Counted from the stretch's first letter, positions 25,417 through 33,916 are shown. The stretch: 45,431 bases of DNA from Kiritimatiellia bacterium (GCA_040775225.1 JAXGSX010000001.1:1-45431); one strand, 5' to 3'. Notes: generated from the sequence alone by a model not told the origin. Made by a program: numbers and translations.

Positions 25417-26076
25417 ATGAAAACGAAAATCCAAGACATGCAGAACCAAATCGCCGCTTCCGTTGCCCTCAAGCGCCGGCTGCTTGACACTCCGCGGATT
25501 CTGACCCGCCTGGCGGAAATGGCGGCGGCGGCAACGGCGGTTTTCCGCGGCGGCGGCCGGCTCCTGCTGGCCGGCAACGGCGGCAGCGCCGCGGACGCGC
25601 AGCATATTGCCGGGGAACTGGTGGGCCGTTTCATGCGGGAGCGGGCGGCCCTGCCTGCCCTGGCGCTTTCCACCGACACTTCCATTCTCACCGCGCTGGG
25701 CAACGATTATGCATTTAACATCGTCTTTGCCCGGCAGGTGGCGGCCCAAGGCCGGCGCGGCGACATGCTGCTGGGGATTTCCACTTCCGGCAATTCAGCC
25801 AACGTGGTGGAGGCGTTAAAAACCGCGCGCGCCATGGGCTTGATCACCGCCGGCCTGACCGGCCAGGGCGGCGGCAAGATGGCCCCGCTCTGCGATTACT
25901 GCATCAGCATTCCGTCGCGCGACACGCCGCGCGTGCAGGAAAGCATGCTGCTGCTGGAACACATTTTCTGCGGGCTGATCGAGGAGGCCATGTTTCCGGC
26001 GGCGGGGCCAAAACCGCGCGCCCGCCGCCAGCAGCCGCGGCGGAAGGCGGCGGCGCGCCGCTCCCGGAGTCACTGA
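25417..26076 (+). CDS. gmhA: D-sedoheptulose-7-phosphate isomerase (phosphoheptose isomerase, SIS domain) with an Arg-rich C-terminal tail
   Basis: There is strong block similarity to GmhA: LLAGNGGSAADAQHIAGEL, GNDYAFNIVFARQV, GDMLLGISTSGNSANV, LTGQGGGKM. ATG 25417 or 25405 follows GGGAGG. The track start at 25267 overlaps the upstream gene. Confidence 0.85.
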   Translation: MKTKIQDMQNQIAASVALKRRLLDTPRILTRLAEMAAAATAVFRGGGRLLLAGNGGSAADAQHIAGELVGRFMRERAALPALALSTDTSILTALGNDYAFNIVFARQVAAQGRRGDMLLGISTSGNSANVVEALKTARAMGLITAGLTGQGGGKMAPLCDYCISIPSRDTPRVQESMLLLEHIFCGLIEEAMFPAAGPKPRARRQQPRRKAAARRSRSH

Positions 26077-27101
26077 TCCGCGGGCCGGCCCCACATCAAA
26101 TCATGCATGGCCTGGCGCAATTCCGCGAGCCCTGATCCCGCGCGGGCGGAGATGGGTATGGGCTGCCGGCCGGTCAGGCGCCGGAATTCCGCCAGGTTGG
26201 CCTCGGCCTCGGGCAGGTCCATTTTATTGGCCGCCACCAGCATGGGGCGCTCCAACAAATCGGCGCGGTAGAGGCGCAATTCTCCCAGCAGATTGCGGCA
26301 GTCATCCGCCGGCGCCCGCCCTTCCGTGCCGGCCATGTCGAGCACCAGCAGCAAGGCGCGGGAACGTTCCACGTGGCGCAAAAACGCCGTACCCAGGCCC
26401 GCGCCGGCGTGGGCGCCGGGAATCAAGCCGGGGATGTCCACCACCCGCAGTTCACGGTAGACTTCCTCGTACTTAACCGTGCCGATCACCGGGTTCAGCG
26501 TGGTAAAGGGATATGCGGCCGTGCGCGGATGAGCATGGCTGATTGCGCCAAGCAAGGTTGATTTGCCGGCGTTGGGGAAACCAATCAAACCGATATCGGC
26601 GATAATTTTCAGATCGAAGCGGAGCTGCCTGTCTTCGCCGGGAGCGCCGGTGGTATGCTCGCGCGGCGCCTGGTGCGTGCTGGTCTTCCAATGGCAATTG
26701 CCCAGGCCGCCCCGGCCGCCGGCCGCCAATTGCAGTCGGGCGCCGTCTGCCAGCAGGGCGCCCAGGCTGGCATCCGACTCCACGTCGCGGATTTCCGTGC
26801 CGCAGGGGACCTTGATCGTCAAATCGCGGCCATTGCGGCCATGCTGCTGCTTGCCCCGGCCGGGATCGCCGTCTCCCGCGCGCTGCAGGGGCTGGAAATA
26901 CAAGGCTACCAGGGAGTCAACGTTGCGGTCGGCCTCGGCAAAAACATGCCCGCCCCGTCCGCCATCGCCGCCGTCGGGACCGCCGCGCGGCACAAATTTT
27001 TCGCGGCGGAAACTGGCGCAACCATCGCCGCCCGCGCCGGCGACAACGCGCGCCGCGGCCGAATCAACGAATTTATGGCTCTTTAACCTGCGGGGGCACA
27101 C
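26070..27101 (-). CDS. obg: GTPase Obg/CgtA
   Basis: The N-terminal Obg fold is KFVDSA...[31 protein letters not shown] motifs are GFPNAGKST and DIPGLI. The GTG start at 27101 overlaps the rpmA end by 19 nt. The conserved rplU-rpmA-obg gene order supports the call. Confidence 0.9.
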   Translation of the reverse strand: MCPRRLKSHKFVDSAAARVVAGAGGDGCASFRREKFVPRGGPDGGDGGRGGHVFAEADRNVDSLVALYFQPLQRAGDGDPGRGKQQHGRNGRDLTIKVPCGTEIRDVESDASLGALLADGARLQLAAGGRGGLGNCHWKTSTHQAPREHTTGAPGEDRQLRFDLKIIADIGLIGFPNAGKSTLLGAISHAHPRTAAYPFTTLNPVIGTVKYEEVYRELRVVDIPGLIPGAHAGAGLGTAFLRHVERSRALLLVLDMAGTEGRAPADDCRNLLGELRLYRADLLERPMLVAANKMDLPEAEANLAEFRRLTGRQPIPISARAGSGLAELRQAMHDLMWGRPADQ

Positions 27102-27340
27102 GCGTTGATCCGCACCCTTTTGCCGTTCTTTTCAAATTTCACCAGGCCTTCCTGCAGGGCGAACAGGGTGTTGTCGCGCCCCTGTCCGACGCCCAGGCCC
27201 GGCATAATTTTCGTGCCGCGCTGGCGGACGATGATGCTGCCGATTGTCACAAGCTGCCCGTCGAAACATTTCACGCCCAGCCGCCGGCCGGCGCTGTCGC
27301 GTCCATTGCGGGCGCTGCCGCCGCTTTTTTTCGTTGCCAT
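27083..27340 (-). CDS. rpmA: 50S ribosomal protein L27
   Basis: [24 protein letters not shown]...[27 protein letters not shown] matches the L27 consensus. Confidence 0.95.
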   Translation of the reverse strand: MATKKSGGSARNGRDSAGRRLGVKCFDGQLVTIGSIIVRQRGTKIMPGLGVGQGRDNTLFALQEGLVKFEKNGKRVRINACAPAG

Positions 27341-27385
27341 GGCAAAACTTCTCCCAACTGATCCGCGCCGGGGCGCTGGACCCGG

Positions 27386-27697
27386 TTAAACGCTTTCGAT
27401 TTTCAAGACCGTCTGTTCCTGGCGGTGGCCCTGTTTGCGGTTATATCCTTTGCGCCGTTTTTTGCGGAAGGCCACGACCTTGCCGCCGCGCAGGTGTTCC
27501 ACCACCGTCGCAACCACTTCGGCCTGCTCGACATACGGCCGTCCCACGGTCAAAGCTGCGCCATCCGACACCGCCAGCACCGGTTGGATGGTGATCCGCG
27601 CGCCAACTTCCGCCGGCAAACGCTCCACGCGCAAGGTGTCCGACGCCTGCACCCGGTATTGTTTGCCGCCGGTTTCAACTACTGCATAAGCTTTCAT
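27386..27697 (-). CDS. rplU: 50S ribosomal protein L21
   Basis: MKAYAVVETGGKQYRV...KKRRKGYNRKQGHRQ matches the L21 consensus. ATG 27697 is preceded by GGGAG with a 5-nt spacer. The track ORF from 27823 is an upstream extension. Confidence 0.95.
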   Translation of the reverse strand: MKAYAVVETGGKQYRVQASDTLRVERLPAEVGARITIQPVLAVSDGAALTVGRPYVEQAEVVATVVEHLRGGKVVAFRKKRRKGYNRKQGHRQEQTVLKIESV

Positions 27698-27853
27698 GGT
27701 CACTCCCGCTTGGTTCCGCCTGGGCGGCGGCATGCAAACACAATACGTCCGCAATGAAACGCCGACGCCTGATCCGCGTTCCGGCGAAATTCGCTGACAC
27801 AGCCGGCTGCGTCTGTTTGCCAACTCTCCGCCGCGTCATTCAGTAAAAAATAA

Positions 27854-27881
27854 AAGTTAGCAAAACGGCGTAAAATGTCAA
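27854..27881 (-). promoter_or_regulatory. Candidate promoter of the rplU-rpmA-obg operon
   Basis: The minus strand reads a perfect TTGACA (27881-27876), a 16-nt spacer, then TAACTT (27859-27854), in an AT-rich patch. This implies a leader of ~150 nt before rplU. Confidence 0.35.
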
Positions 27882-27974
27882 TTATGAAAATTTTATTGCT
27901 TTGCCGGCGGGAAACCGTATCTTGTCCAACACCGGCGTCCGGCTTGTCCCGCATTACTTTACAGATCCCACAGC

Positions 27975-28463
27975 ATGAGTCCATTTGCACATGTCGCTGT
28001 TTCCACCGCCCTGGGGGGCGCGGTCTGGCTGGCGTTGAAATCTTTCCCGGCGGGGCTGGCCTGCCTGCTGGCGGGGGTGCTGGTGGACCTGGACCACCTG
28101 CTGGATTACGTTTACAATTACGGCTGGCGTCCGCGCGCCCGCCATTTCCTCCGGACTTTCAAGCACGACATTCTGCGCCGCATCATAGTTTTGCTGCATT
28201 CCTGGGAACTGGCGCCGCTGGCGGTGCTGGTGGTCTGGCGCAGCGGCTGGCACCCGGTCGGCATCGGCCTGCTGACGGGCGCGGCGGCGCACCTGGCGTT
28301 GGACCAGATATTCAACCGCCATAATCCGCTGGCCTATTTTTTAACGTACCGGATTTACCATCGTTTTGCCGGCCGCCCGTTTTACGGCCGGGATGAATAC
28401 CGGCGCCGGCTGCGCGCAAGCGAACGCACCCGGCGGAACAATCCGCCGACGACGACCGTTTGA
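27975..28463 (+). CDS. Membrane protein, YdjM/DUF457-like (putative membrane-bound metal-dependent hydrolase)
   Basis: There are three to four hydrophobic segments with the spaced D/H pattern VDLDHLLDY ... LLHSWE ... HLALD, reminiscent of the YdjM family. Confidence 0.45.
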   Translation: MSPFAHVAVSTALGGAVWLALKSFPAGLACLLAGVLVDLDHLLDYVYNYGWRPRARHFLRTFKHDILRRIIVLLHSWELAPLAVLVVWRSGWHPVGIGLLTGAAAHLALDQIFNRHNPLAYFLTYRIYHRFAGRPFYGRDEYRRRLRASERTRRNNPPTTTV

Positions 28464-28541
28464 CCATTTCCGTAAAACACTCGATACCAATCCGTTGCGG
28501 AAGGCAACGAAGCTTAAAGCCAACACCACAGGAGCGGCGGC

Positions 28542-29744
28542 ATGCGCGATAAACGCAAATACGAAGAACTGTTTCCTGAAGAATTCATGGAAATCATGGC
28601 GCAGCGTCCCATCTGTTACTGGGCCTGCGGACCCATGGAATATCACGGGCTGCAGAATACGCTGGGAATTGACCCGGCCAAGGCGTATGAAATCTGTCTA
28701 CGCGCGGCAAAAATCAGCGGCGGCATAGTGTTTCCGATGGTGCCGTTTGCGCCGGGCGGCGCCCCGCCCTCGCTGAAACGGGCGCAATTGCGTCCGCTGA
28801 ACCCGTCGTTGTCGCCGTCCCTGATGACCTGCGCGGACACCTGCGAGCGGCTCTACCTGGAGCTGTTCGAGTCGTTGGCCGACATGGGATTCAAGGTCTG
28901 CCTGGCTTTCGGCGGACATGGACCGGCCGGCGCCCTGCTGAAGAAAATCGAATGCGCCCTGGACGGGCGGATGGACAACATGCTTTTTGCCACCTATACC
29001 AGCACCACTTTCATTGATCAAGCGGTGTACGCCCTGGGCGCGAAAATGTTCGGCCATGGCGGCATGTGGGAAACCTCGATGAACATGGCCGTCAATCCCG
29101 ACTTCGTGGATTTGTCCAGTACCAACGGGCCGGCCGGCGGCTGGCCGGCATACCCGGGTTTTGTCAAATATCCAGACGAATTAAGGGAAGCCGTCATGCA
29201 CTCCAATCTGCCATTCGGCAATCAATTGATTGATATTTCAGCCCGGGCCATGGCGGAGATTGCGTCCACGCTCCTGCAAACAGGCAAGTTGACGCATCCG
29301 GGACATGTGATTGCCATGCGGATCGGACCGGCGCGTGAATTGTCCGGCGCTTTGTCAGGCCTGCCCTGCCCGGACCCGGCCGAGACAGCCGCTTATCCGG
29401 AGCGGATTTTCCGCAAAACGCTGTGTTCGCCGCCGGAATGCAAAAATCTTTTCCAGGGCCGGCCCCTTTACGCGATCCTGGCTTTTGACCTGGCAGGCGG
29501 GAATGCCCAGAGCCGGACGATTGGATTTGACTACGATGCGCCGATCAAGGTCTGGATTGACGGCCAGGCCTGCCTGGTGGATGAGGCCGGCGCGCCGCCG
29601 CTGTCCGCCCGGAACGGCCGTCCGAAAAAGTCCGTCTCGATTCCTCCGGCCGGCGGCCGGCAGTCGGTAACGGTGGCCCTGGTATGCAACCAGGGCGTTC
29701 CGCCCATGATCCGGGTATGGTGGCCAAGGCAAAACAACGTTTGA
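28542..29744 (+). CDS. Creatininase-fold (creatinine amidohydrolase family) protein with an extra ~140-aa C-terminal domain
   Basis: GGAG lies 7 nt upstream of the ATG. The blocks GPMEYHGLQNTLGIDP and HGGMWETSMNMA resemble the family E.HG..LP...D and HAG..ETS metal-binding motifs. Confidence 0.5.
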   Translation: MRDKRKYEELFPEEFMEIMAQRPICYWACGPMEYHGLQNTLGIDPAKAYEICLRAAKISGGIVFPMVPFAPGGAPPSLKRAQLRPLNPSLSPSLMTCADTCERLYLELFESLADMGFKVCLAFGGHGPAGALLKKIECALDGRMDNMLFATYTSTTFIDQAVYALGAKMFGHGGMWETSMNMAVNPDFVDLSSTNGPAGGWPAYPGFVKYPDELREAVMHSNLPFGNQLIDISARAMAEIASTLLQTGKLTHPGHVIAMRIGPARELSGALSGLPCPDPAETAAYPERIFRKTLCSPPECKNLFQGRPLYAILAFDLAGGNAQSRTIGFDYDAPIKVWIDGQACLVDEAGAPPLSARNGRPKKSVSIPPAGGRQSVTVALVCNQGVPPMIRVWWPRQNNV

Positions 29745-29781
29745 AATGACAGCATGTGCACTTTCAACCAGGAGGTTTTCC

Positions 29782-30810
29782 ATGCAGATGGCGGCCGCAT
29801 CAAAAATCATCCCCGGCGGGATTTTAGTCCTGGCATTGCTGGCCGCGGCGGACGTTCCGGCCCAGTGGCCGGCGCACGTCGCGGAAGTTAAAATCACCAG
29901 TTCGGCCGACGGCACGGAACAGCCCGCCATGTTTTACGCGCCGGCAGGAACCAATCCCGCGCCCCTGCTGGTTTCGCTGCACACCTGGAGCGGCAATTAC
30001 CGGCAGGCTGCCGCCTCCCGCGCCAATTGGTGCCTGGCCAACCAATGGGCCTTCGTGCACCCGGATTTCCGCGGGCCGAACAAGACGCCGGACGCCATGG
30101 GCTCGGATTTAGCGGTGCAGGACATTCTCGACGCCGTGGATTACGCCAGAACCCGGGCCGACATTGACGACTCCCGGATTTACCTGGTGGGCTTTTCCGG
30201 CGGCGGACATGCGGCCCTGCTCCTGGCCGGGCGCGCTCCGGAAGTCTGGGCCGGAGTATCCGCCTGGTGCGGCATTTCCGATTTGAATAAATGGCATACC
30301 CAGAGCCGCGGTTACGGGCGCAACATCGAAGCCGCAGTTCGGGGCAACCCCCGGCAGGACACCCGGGCCGCCGCGGAATGCCGGCGCCGCTCCCCGGCGG
30401 CCTGGCTGAGCCGCGCCCGCAACGTCGTCATAGATATCGCCGCGGGCATCCACGACGGCCACACGGGCAGCGTGCCGGTCAGCCAAAGCCTGGAAGCCTT
30501 CAACCTGCTGGCGGACCCGGACGACCGGCTTGCGGAAGAGGATATAACTTACATTACCCGCGAACAGGCTATCCCCGGCCATCTCCGGCATGAAGGCGGA
30601 GGCTTGATGTTAAAGAAATACAAGATTCATTTCCGCCGCCAGTCGGGCAATGCGCGGATCACAATTTTTGAAGGCGGCCACCAGGGATTGGACGGCGCGG
30701 CGCTGCCCTGGCTGGCCCGTCAGCGCAGGGGCGCGCCCGCGGTTTGGACCGCCGGCGATGCGCCGGCGGATTTGCATATCGGCGCGGACGCGGCCGCCAC
30801 GGGGAAATAA
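29782..30810 (+). CDS. Secreted alpha/beta-hydrolase (esterase / prolyl-oligopeptidase-type serine hydrolase)
   Basis: ATG 29782 is preceded by GGAGG with a 6-nt spacer and gives the signal peptide MQMAAASKIIPGGILVLALLAAADVPAQ. The nucleophile elbow is VGFSGGGHAA. ATG 29746 is an alternative start. Confidence 0.6.
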   Translation: MQMAAASKIIPGGILVLALLAAADVPAQWPAHVAEVKITSSADGTEQPAMFYAPAGTNPAPLLVSLHTWSGNYRQAAASRANWCLANQWAFVHPDFRGPNKTPDAMGSDLAVQDILDAVDYARTRADIDDSRIYLVGFSGGGHAALLLAGRAPEVWAGVSAWCGISDLNKWHTQSRGYGRNIEAAVRGNPRQDTRAAAECRRRSPAAWLSRARNVVIDIAAGIHDGHTGSVPVSQSLEAFNLLADPDDRLAEEDITYITREQAIPGHLRHEGGGLMLKKYKIHFRRQSGNARITIFEGGHQGLDGAALPWLARQRRGAPAVWTAGDAPADLHIGADAAATGK

Positions 30811-30831
30811 TTGCCGCGGCGGAAAGACCGG

Positions 30832-32085
30832 TTAACGCCCGCAACAATGCTTGAATTTCCGGCCGCTGCCGCAGGGGCACGGCGCATTCCGGCCGGGTGG
30901 CGGGCGGACGGGAGCCGCCGCCGGACCGGCGCCGATCGTCGCGGCCAGCCGCCGCAGTTCCGGCAGGGCATGCCGGAAAAAAACGCGCCAGCCCGCGCAC
31001 AGACGGCTGAGTTCCCCGCCGCCCGGACCGCGATGCTTGGGGCAGTCGCCCGCGCAGAATTCCAGCCAGGGGCAGGCGGCGCAAGCCGCCGGCCAGCGCC
31101 GCTTGCGCCGGCCGAATTCGGCATACAGCGGAGATTGCCGGAGTTGCGGCCAGGCATCTCCGGCTATGTTGCCCAACCGCCAGCGCTGATCCACGAAAAA
31201 ATCACAGGGATACACGTCGCCGTTATGTTCCACCAGAAAGTATTGCCGGCAATCGCTTTCCATGGAACACATGCAGGCCGGCCGGCGCAAAATGCGCGCC
31301 AGGATCGAATCAAACAGGCGGATCGAAACCCGGCCGGCGTCCGGCCGCCAGCAATCAAACAACTCGCACAGGAAATCGCCCCATTCCCCGCCGGCGATGG
31401 CAAACGGCTGCCGGCCGCCCTGCGCGTCATATTCGACGCATGGTATGTATTGCTGAAAATTAAATTCCTCTTCGCATAAATAACGGTAAACCTCGGATGC
31501 CCGTCGGACATTGGCGGCCGTTACGAGCGTGAGAATATTGAACTCCGCGCGCCGGCGGCGCAAGCAGCCGATGCCGCGCATCACCGCGGCGTGCGAACCG
31601 GATGCCGGAGGCGCGCCATGGCGGTAACGGTCGTGGATAGCGGGCGGCCCATCCAGGCTTACGCCCACCAGGAAACGGTAGCGGACCAGGTGGCCGGCAA
31701 ATTCATCATCCAGCAGCGTGCCGTTAGTCTGCAAACCGTTGGCCACCACCGCGCCGTCGCGGCCGTATTGCTGCTGCAGGCGCGTCACTTCCCGGAAAAA
31801 ATCCACGCCCATCAGCGCGGGTTCCCCGCCCTGCCAGCCGAATACATGCTGGGCCATGTCCAGGGCCATGTATCCTGAAATCAACCGCTCCAGCGTCGTC
31901 CGGCTCATGCGCGGAACCGCCGCGTCCGGATACAAAGCGGCGCGGCTCCGGTAGAAGCAATACTCGCAATGCAAATTGCAGTCCGCGCCCGCCGGCTTGA
32001 TCAGCAGGGAAAATTCCGCGTTCGCCGGCGCGGTTGCCGCCGGGCCATCCACCGCCTTCAGCGCTCCGTGTGCATTACGATTCAT
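30832..32085 (-). CDS. Anaerobic sulfatase-maturating enzyme (radical SAM/SPASM, AtsB/AslB/ChuR-like) with a C-terminal SEC-C motif
   Basis: LLIKPAGADCNLHCEYCFY (the CxxxCxxC cluster), QGGEPAL, LQTNGTLLD, FLVGVSLDGP, EFNILTLV, VSIRLFD and YPCDFFVDQRWRLGNI are collinear with characterised anSMEs. The tail is APCPCGSGRKFKHCCGR. Confidence 0.85.
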   Translation of the reverse strand: MNRNAHGALKAVDGPAATAPANAEFSLLIKPAGADCNLHCEYCFYRSRAALYPDAAVPRMSRTTLERLISGYMALDMAQHVFGWQGGEPALMGVDFFREVTRLQQQYGRDGAVVANGLQTNGTLLDDEFAGHLVRYRFLVGVSLDGPPAIHDRYRHGAPPASGSHAAVMRGIGCLRRRRAEFNILTLVTAANVRRASEVYRYLCEEEFNFQQYIPCVEYDAQGGRQPFAIAGGEWGDFLCELFDCWRPDAGRVSIRLFDSILARILRRPACMCSMESDCRQYFLVEHNGDVYPCDFFVDQRWRLGNIAGDAWPQLRQSPLYAEFGRRKRRWPAACAACPWLEFCAGDCPKHRGPGGGELSRLCAGWRVFFRHALPELRRLAATIGAGPAAAPVRPPPGRNAPCPCGSGRKFKHCCGR

Positions 32086-32232
32086 GGGGTTCAGTGTTAG
32101 GGGGTTGGGGTTGGCGGAGGTTGAAGCATGTGCAACGGTTGTTTGAGGTTGAAATTTGTTGCCGAGCGTGCATTGTACAGTGTTTTTTGCGTAAAACCTT
32201 AAAACTGTAAAACTTTTAAACCCATCCCACCG

Positions 32233-32261
32233 GCCCGGGCGGTGAAAACATACGCCCGGGC
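32233..32261. repeat. 9-bp GC-rich inverted repeat (GCCCGGGCG ... CGCCCGGGC) with an 11-nt loop
   Basis: Arms at 32233-32241 and 32253-32261. Each arm contains the self-complementary CCCGGG. It lies in the divergent intergenic region between the anSME and DUF1846 genes. Confidence 0.7.
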
Positions 32262-32294
32262 GTTAAAAACCGTCAAGCAATTTGTGGCAAATCC

Positions 32295-32323
32295 TTGCAA
32301 AATCCGCGCTGAAAATGTAAATT
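32295..32323 (+). promoter_or_regulatory. Candidate promoter of the DUF1846 gene
   Basis: TTGCAA (32295-32300), a 17-nt spacer, then TAAATT (32318-32323). This would give a ~70-nt leader. Confidence 0.3.
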
Positions 32324-32398
32324 AATTCCAGTTTTGTTTGCCGCATTAGACGGCGGCGCCGCCGGAGGGCGCAACCGTTGGAATATGCCGGAGACCAC

Positions 32399-33916
32399 AT
32401 GAGCAGCCGCATCGGCTTTGACAACCAGCTTTATCTCCGGGAGCAAACCCTGGCCATCCTGGAGCGCGCAGAGCATTTCGGGAAGAAACTCTACCTGGAA
32501 TTCGGCGGCAAGCTGTTTTTTGACTATCATGCCGCGCGCGTCCTGCCGGGCTATGACCCGAACGTCAAAATCCGCCTCCTGCGCGATTTGCGCGAAAAGG
32601 CGCAGATTCTGCTCTGCATTCACGCCGGCGCGATAGAACAGAAAAAAATGCGCGCCGATTTCGGCATCACCTACGATACCGACGCCTTGAAGCTGATTGA
32701 CGACCTGCGCCAATGGGAAATTGAATTGTGCGCGGTGGTGATCACGCGCTATGACGAACAGCCCGGCGCCGTGCTGTTTAAAAACAAACTCGAACGCCGC
32801 GGCGTGCGCGTTTATACGCACCGCCCCACCCGCGGTTACCCGACGGATGTGGACCTGATTGTCAGCGAACGCGGTTACGGCGCCAACGAATTCATCCCCA
32901 CCACCAAACCGCTGGTCGTCGTTACCGGGCCCGGCCCGGGCAGCGGCAAACTGGCGACCTGCCTGAGTCAGATTTACCACGAACGGAAATACGGCGTGCA
33001 GGCCGGCTACGCCAAATTCGAGACCTTCCCCATCTGGAACCTGCCGCTCAACCATCCCGTGAACATCGCCTACGAAGCCGCCACTGCGGATTTGCAGGAT
33101 GTCAACATGATTGACCCGTTCCACCTGGAAGCCCGCCGCGTTACCGCCATCAACTACAACCGCGATATCGAGGCCTTCCCGATCGTCCGCAAAATACTGC
33201 GGCACATAGCCGGCCAGGACACCCTGTACCAGTCGCCGACGGAAATGGGTGTCAACCGCGTGGCCTGCGGCATTACCGACGATGGCGTTGTGCGCCAAGC
33301 CGCCGGCGCGGAGGCGATCCGGCGTTATTTCCGCTACGCCTCGGAATACGCCATGGGGTTCGTGGACAAGCCCACCGTCGCCCGCGCCGCCCGGCTCCTG
33401 GAAACGCTGCGTCTCAATCCCGAAGACCGCCCGGTCGTCCTGCCCGCCCGGCAAGCCGCGCGCGACGCGCAGGCAACCGGCAAGGGACATGACGGCATTT
33501 ATTGCGGCGCCGCCATGGCCTTGCCGGACGGCACGCTGGTCACCGGTAAAAATTCTCCCATGATGCATGCCGCTTCCAGCCTGATTCTCAACGCCGCCAA
33601 ACAGCTCGCCGGCGTGCCGGACAAGCTGCACATTCTTTCGCCTGTCATCACCGAATCAGTGGCCCGCCTGAAACACGACATCCTGTCCGGCCGCAACCCC
33701 AGCCTGGACCTTGACGAAACCCTGATCGCCCTCAGTATCAGCGCCACCAACAACCCCACGGCACAATTGTGCCTGGAAAAACTCAAAGACCTGCGCGGTT
33801 GCGATGTGCACATGACCCATATCCCCACGCCGGGCGATGAAGTGGGTTTGCGCCGCCTGGGCGTTCACCTGACCACCGATCCGAATTTCTCCACCAACGA
33901 TCTTTACGTCGGTTGA
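32399..33916 (+). CDS. DUF1846 / UPF0371 family protein
   Basis: There is very strong collinear similarity to UPF0371 proteins: KLYLEFGGKLF.D.HAARVLPGY, GPGPGSGKLATCLSQ, GYAKFETFPIWNLPLNHPVNIAYEAATADL.DVNMIDPFHL, NYNRDIEAFP, SPTEMGVN. ATG 32399 is preceded by GGAG with a 6-nt spacer. Confidence 0.9.
   Translation: MSSRIGFDNQLYLREQTLAILERAEHFGKKLYLEFGGKLFFDYHAARVLPGYDPNVKIRLLRDLREKAQILLCIHAGAIEQKKMRADFGITYDTDALKLIDDLRQWEIELCAVVITRYDEQPGAVLFKNKLERRGVRVYTHRPTRGYPTDVDLIVSERGYGANEFIPTTKPLVVVTGPGPGSGKLATCLSQIYHERKYGVQAGYAKFETFPIWNLPLNHPVNIAYEAATADLQDVNMIDPFHLEARRVTAINYNRDIEAFPIVRKILRHIAGQDTLYQSPTEMGVNRVACGITDDGVVRQAAGAEAIRRYFRYASEYAMGFVDKPTVARAARLLETLRLNPEDRPVVLPARQAARDAQATGKGHDGIYCGAAMALPDGTLVTGKNSPMMHAASSLILNAAKQLAGVPDKLHILSPVITESVARLKHDILSGRNPSLDLDETLIALSISATNNPTAQLCLEKLKDLRGCDVHMTHIPTPGDEVGLRRLGVHLTTDPNFSTNDLYVG

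Noticed and set aside
24747-25703. 318-aa minus-strand ORF
   Set aside because: It is antisense to the methyltransferase and gmhA genes and spans their junction. It is a shadow ORF.
27698-27823. 42-aa upstream extension of the rplU ORF
   Set aside because: L21 proteins start at MKAYAV-type sequences. ATG 27697 has a GGGAG SD, and the extension is not L21-like.
32100-32120. G-quadruplex potential of GGGGGTTGGGGTTGGCGGAGG
   Set aside because: Only two long G-runs are present and the remaining runs are GG. At best this allows a weak two-tetrad structure. It is reported only as part of the repeat-rich intergenic finding.
32273-33631. 452-aa minus-strand ORF
   Set aside because: It is antisense to the DUF1846/UPF0371 gene, whose plus-strand translation matches that family block by block.
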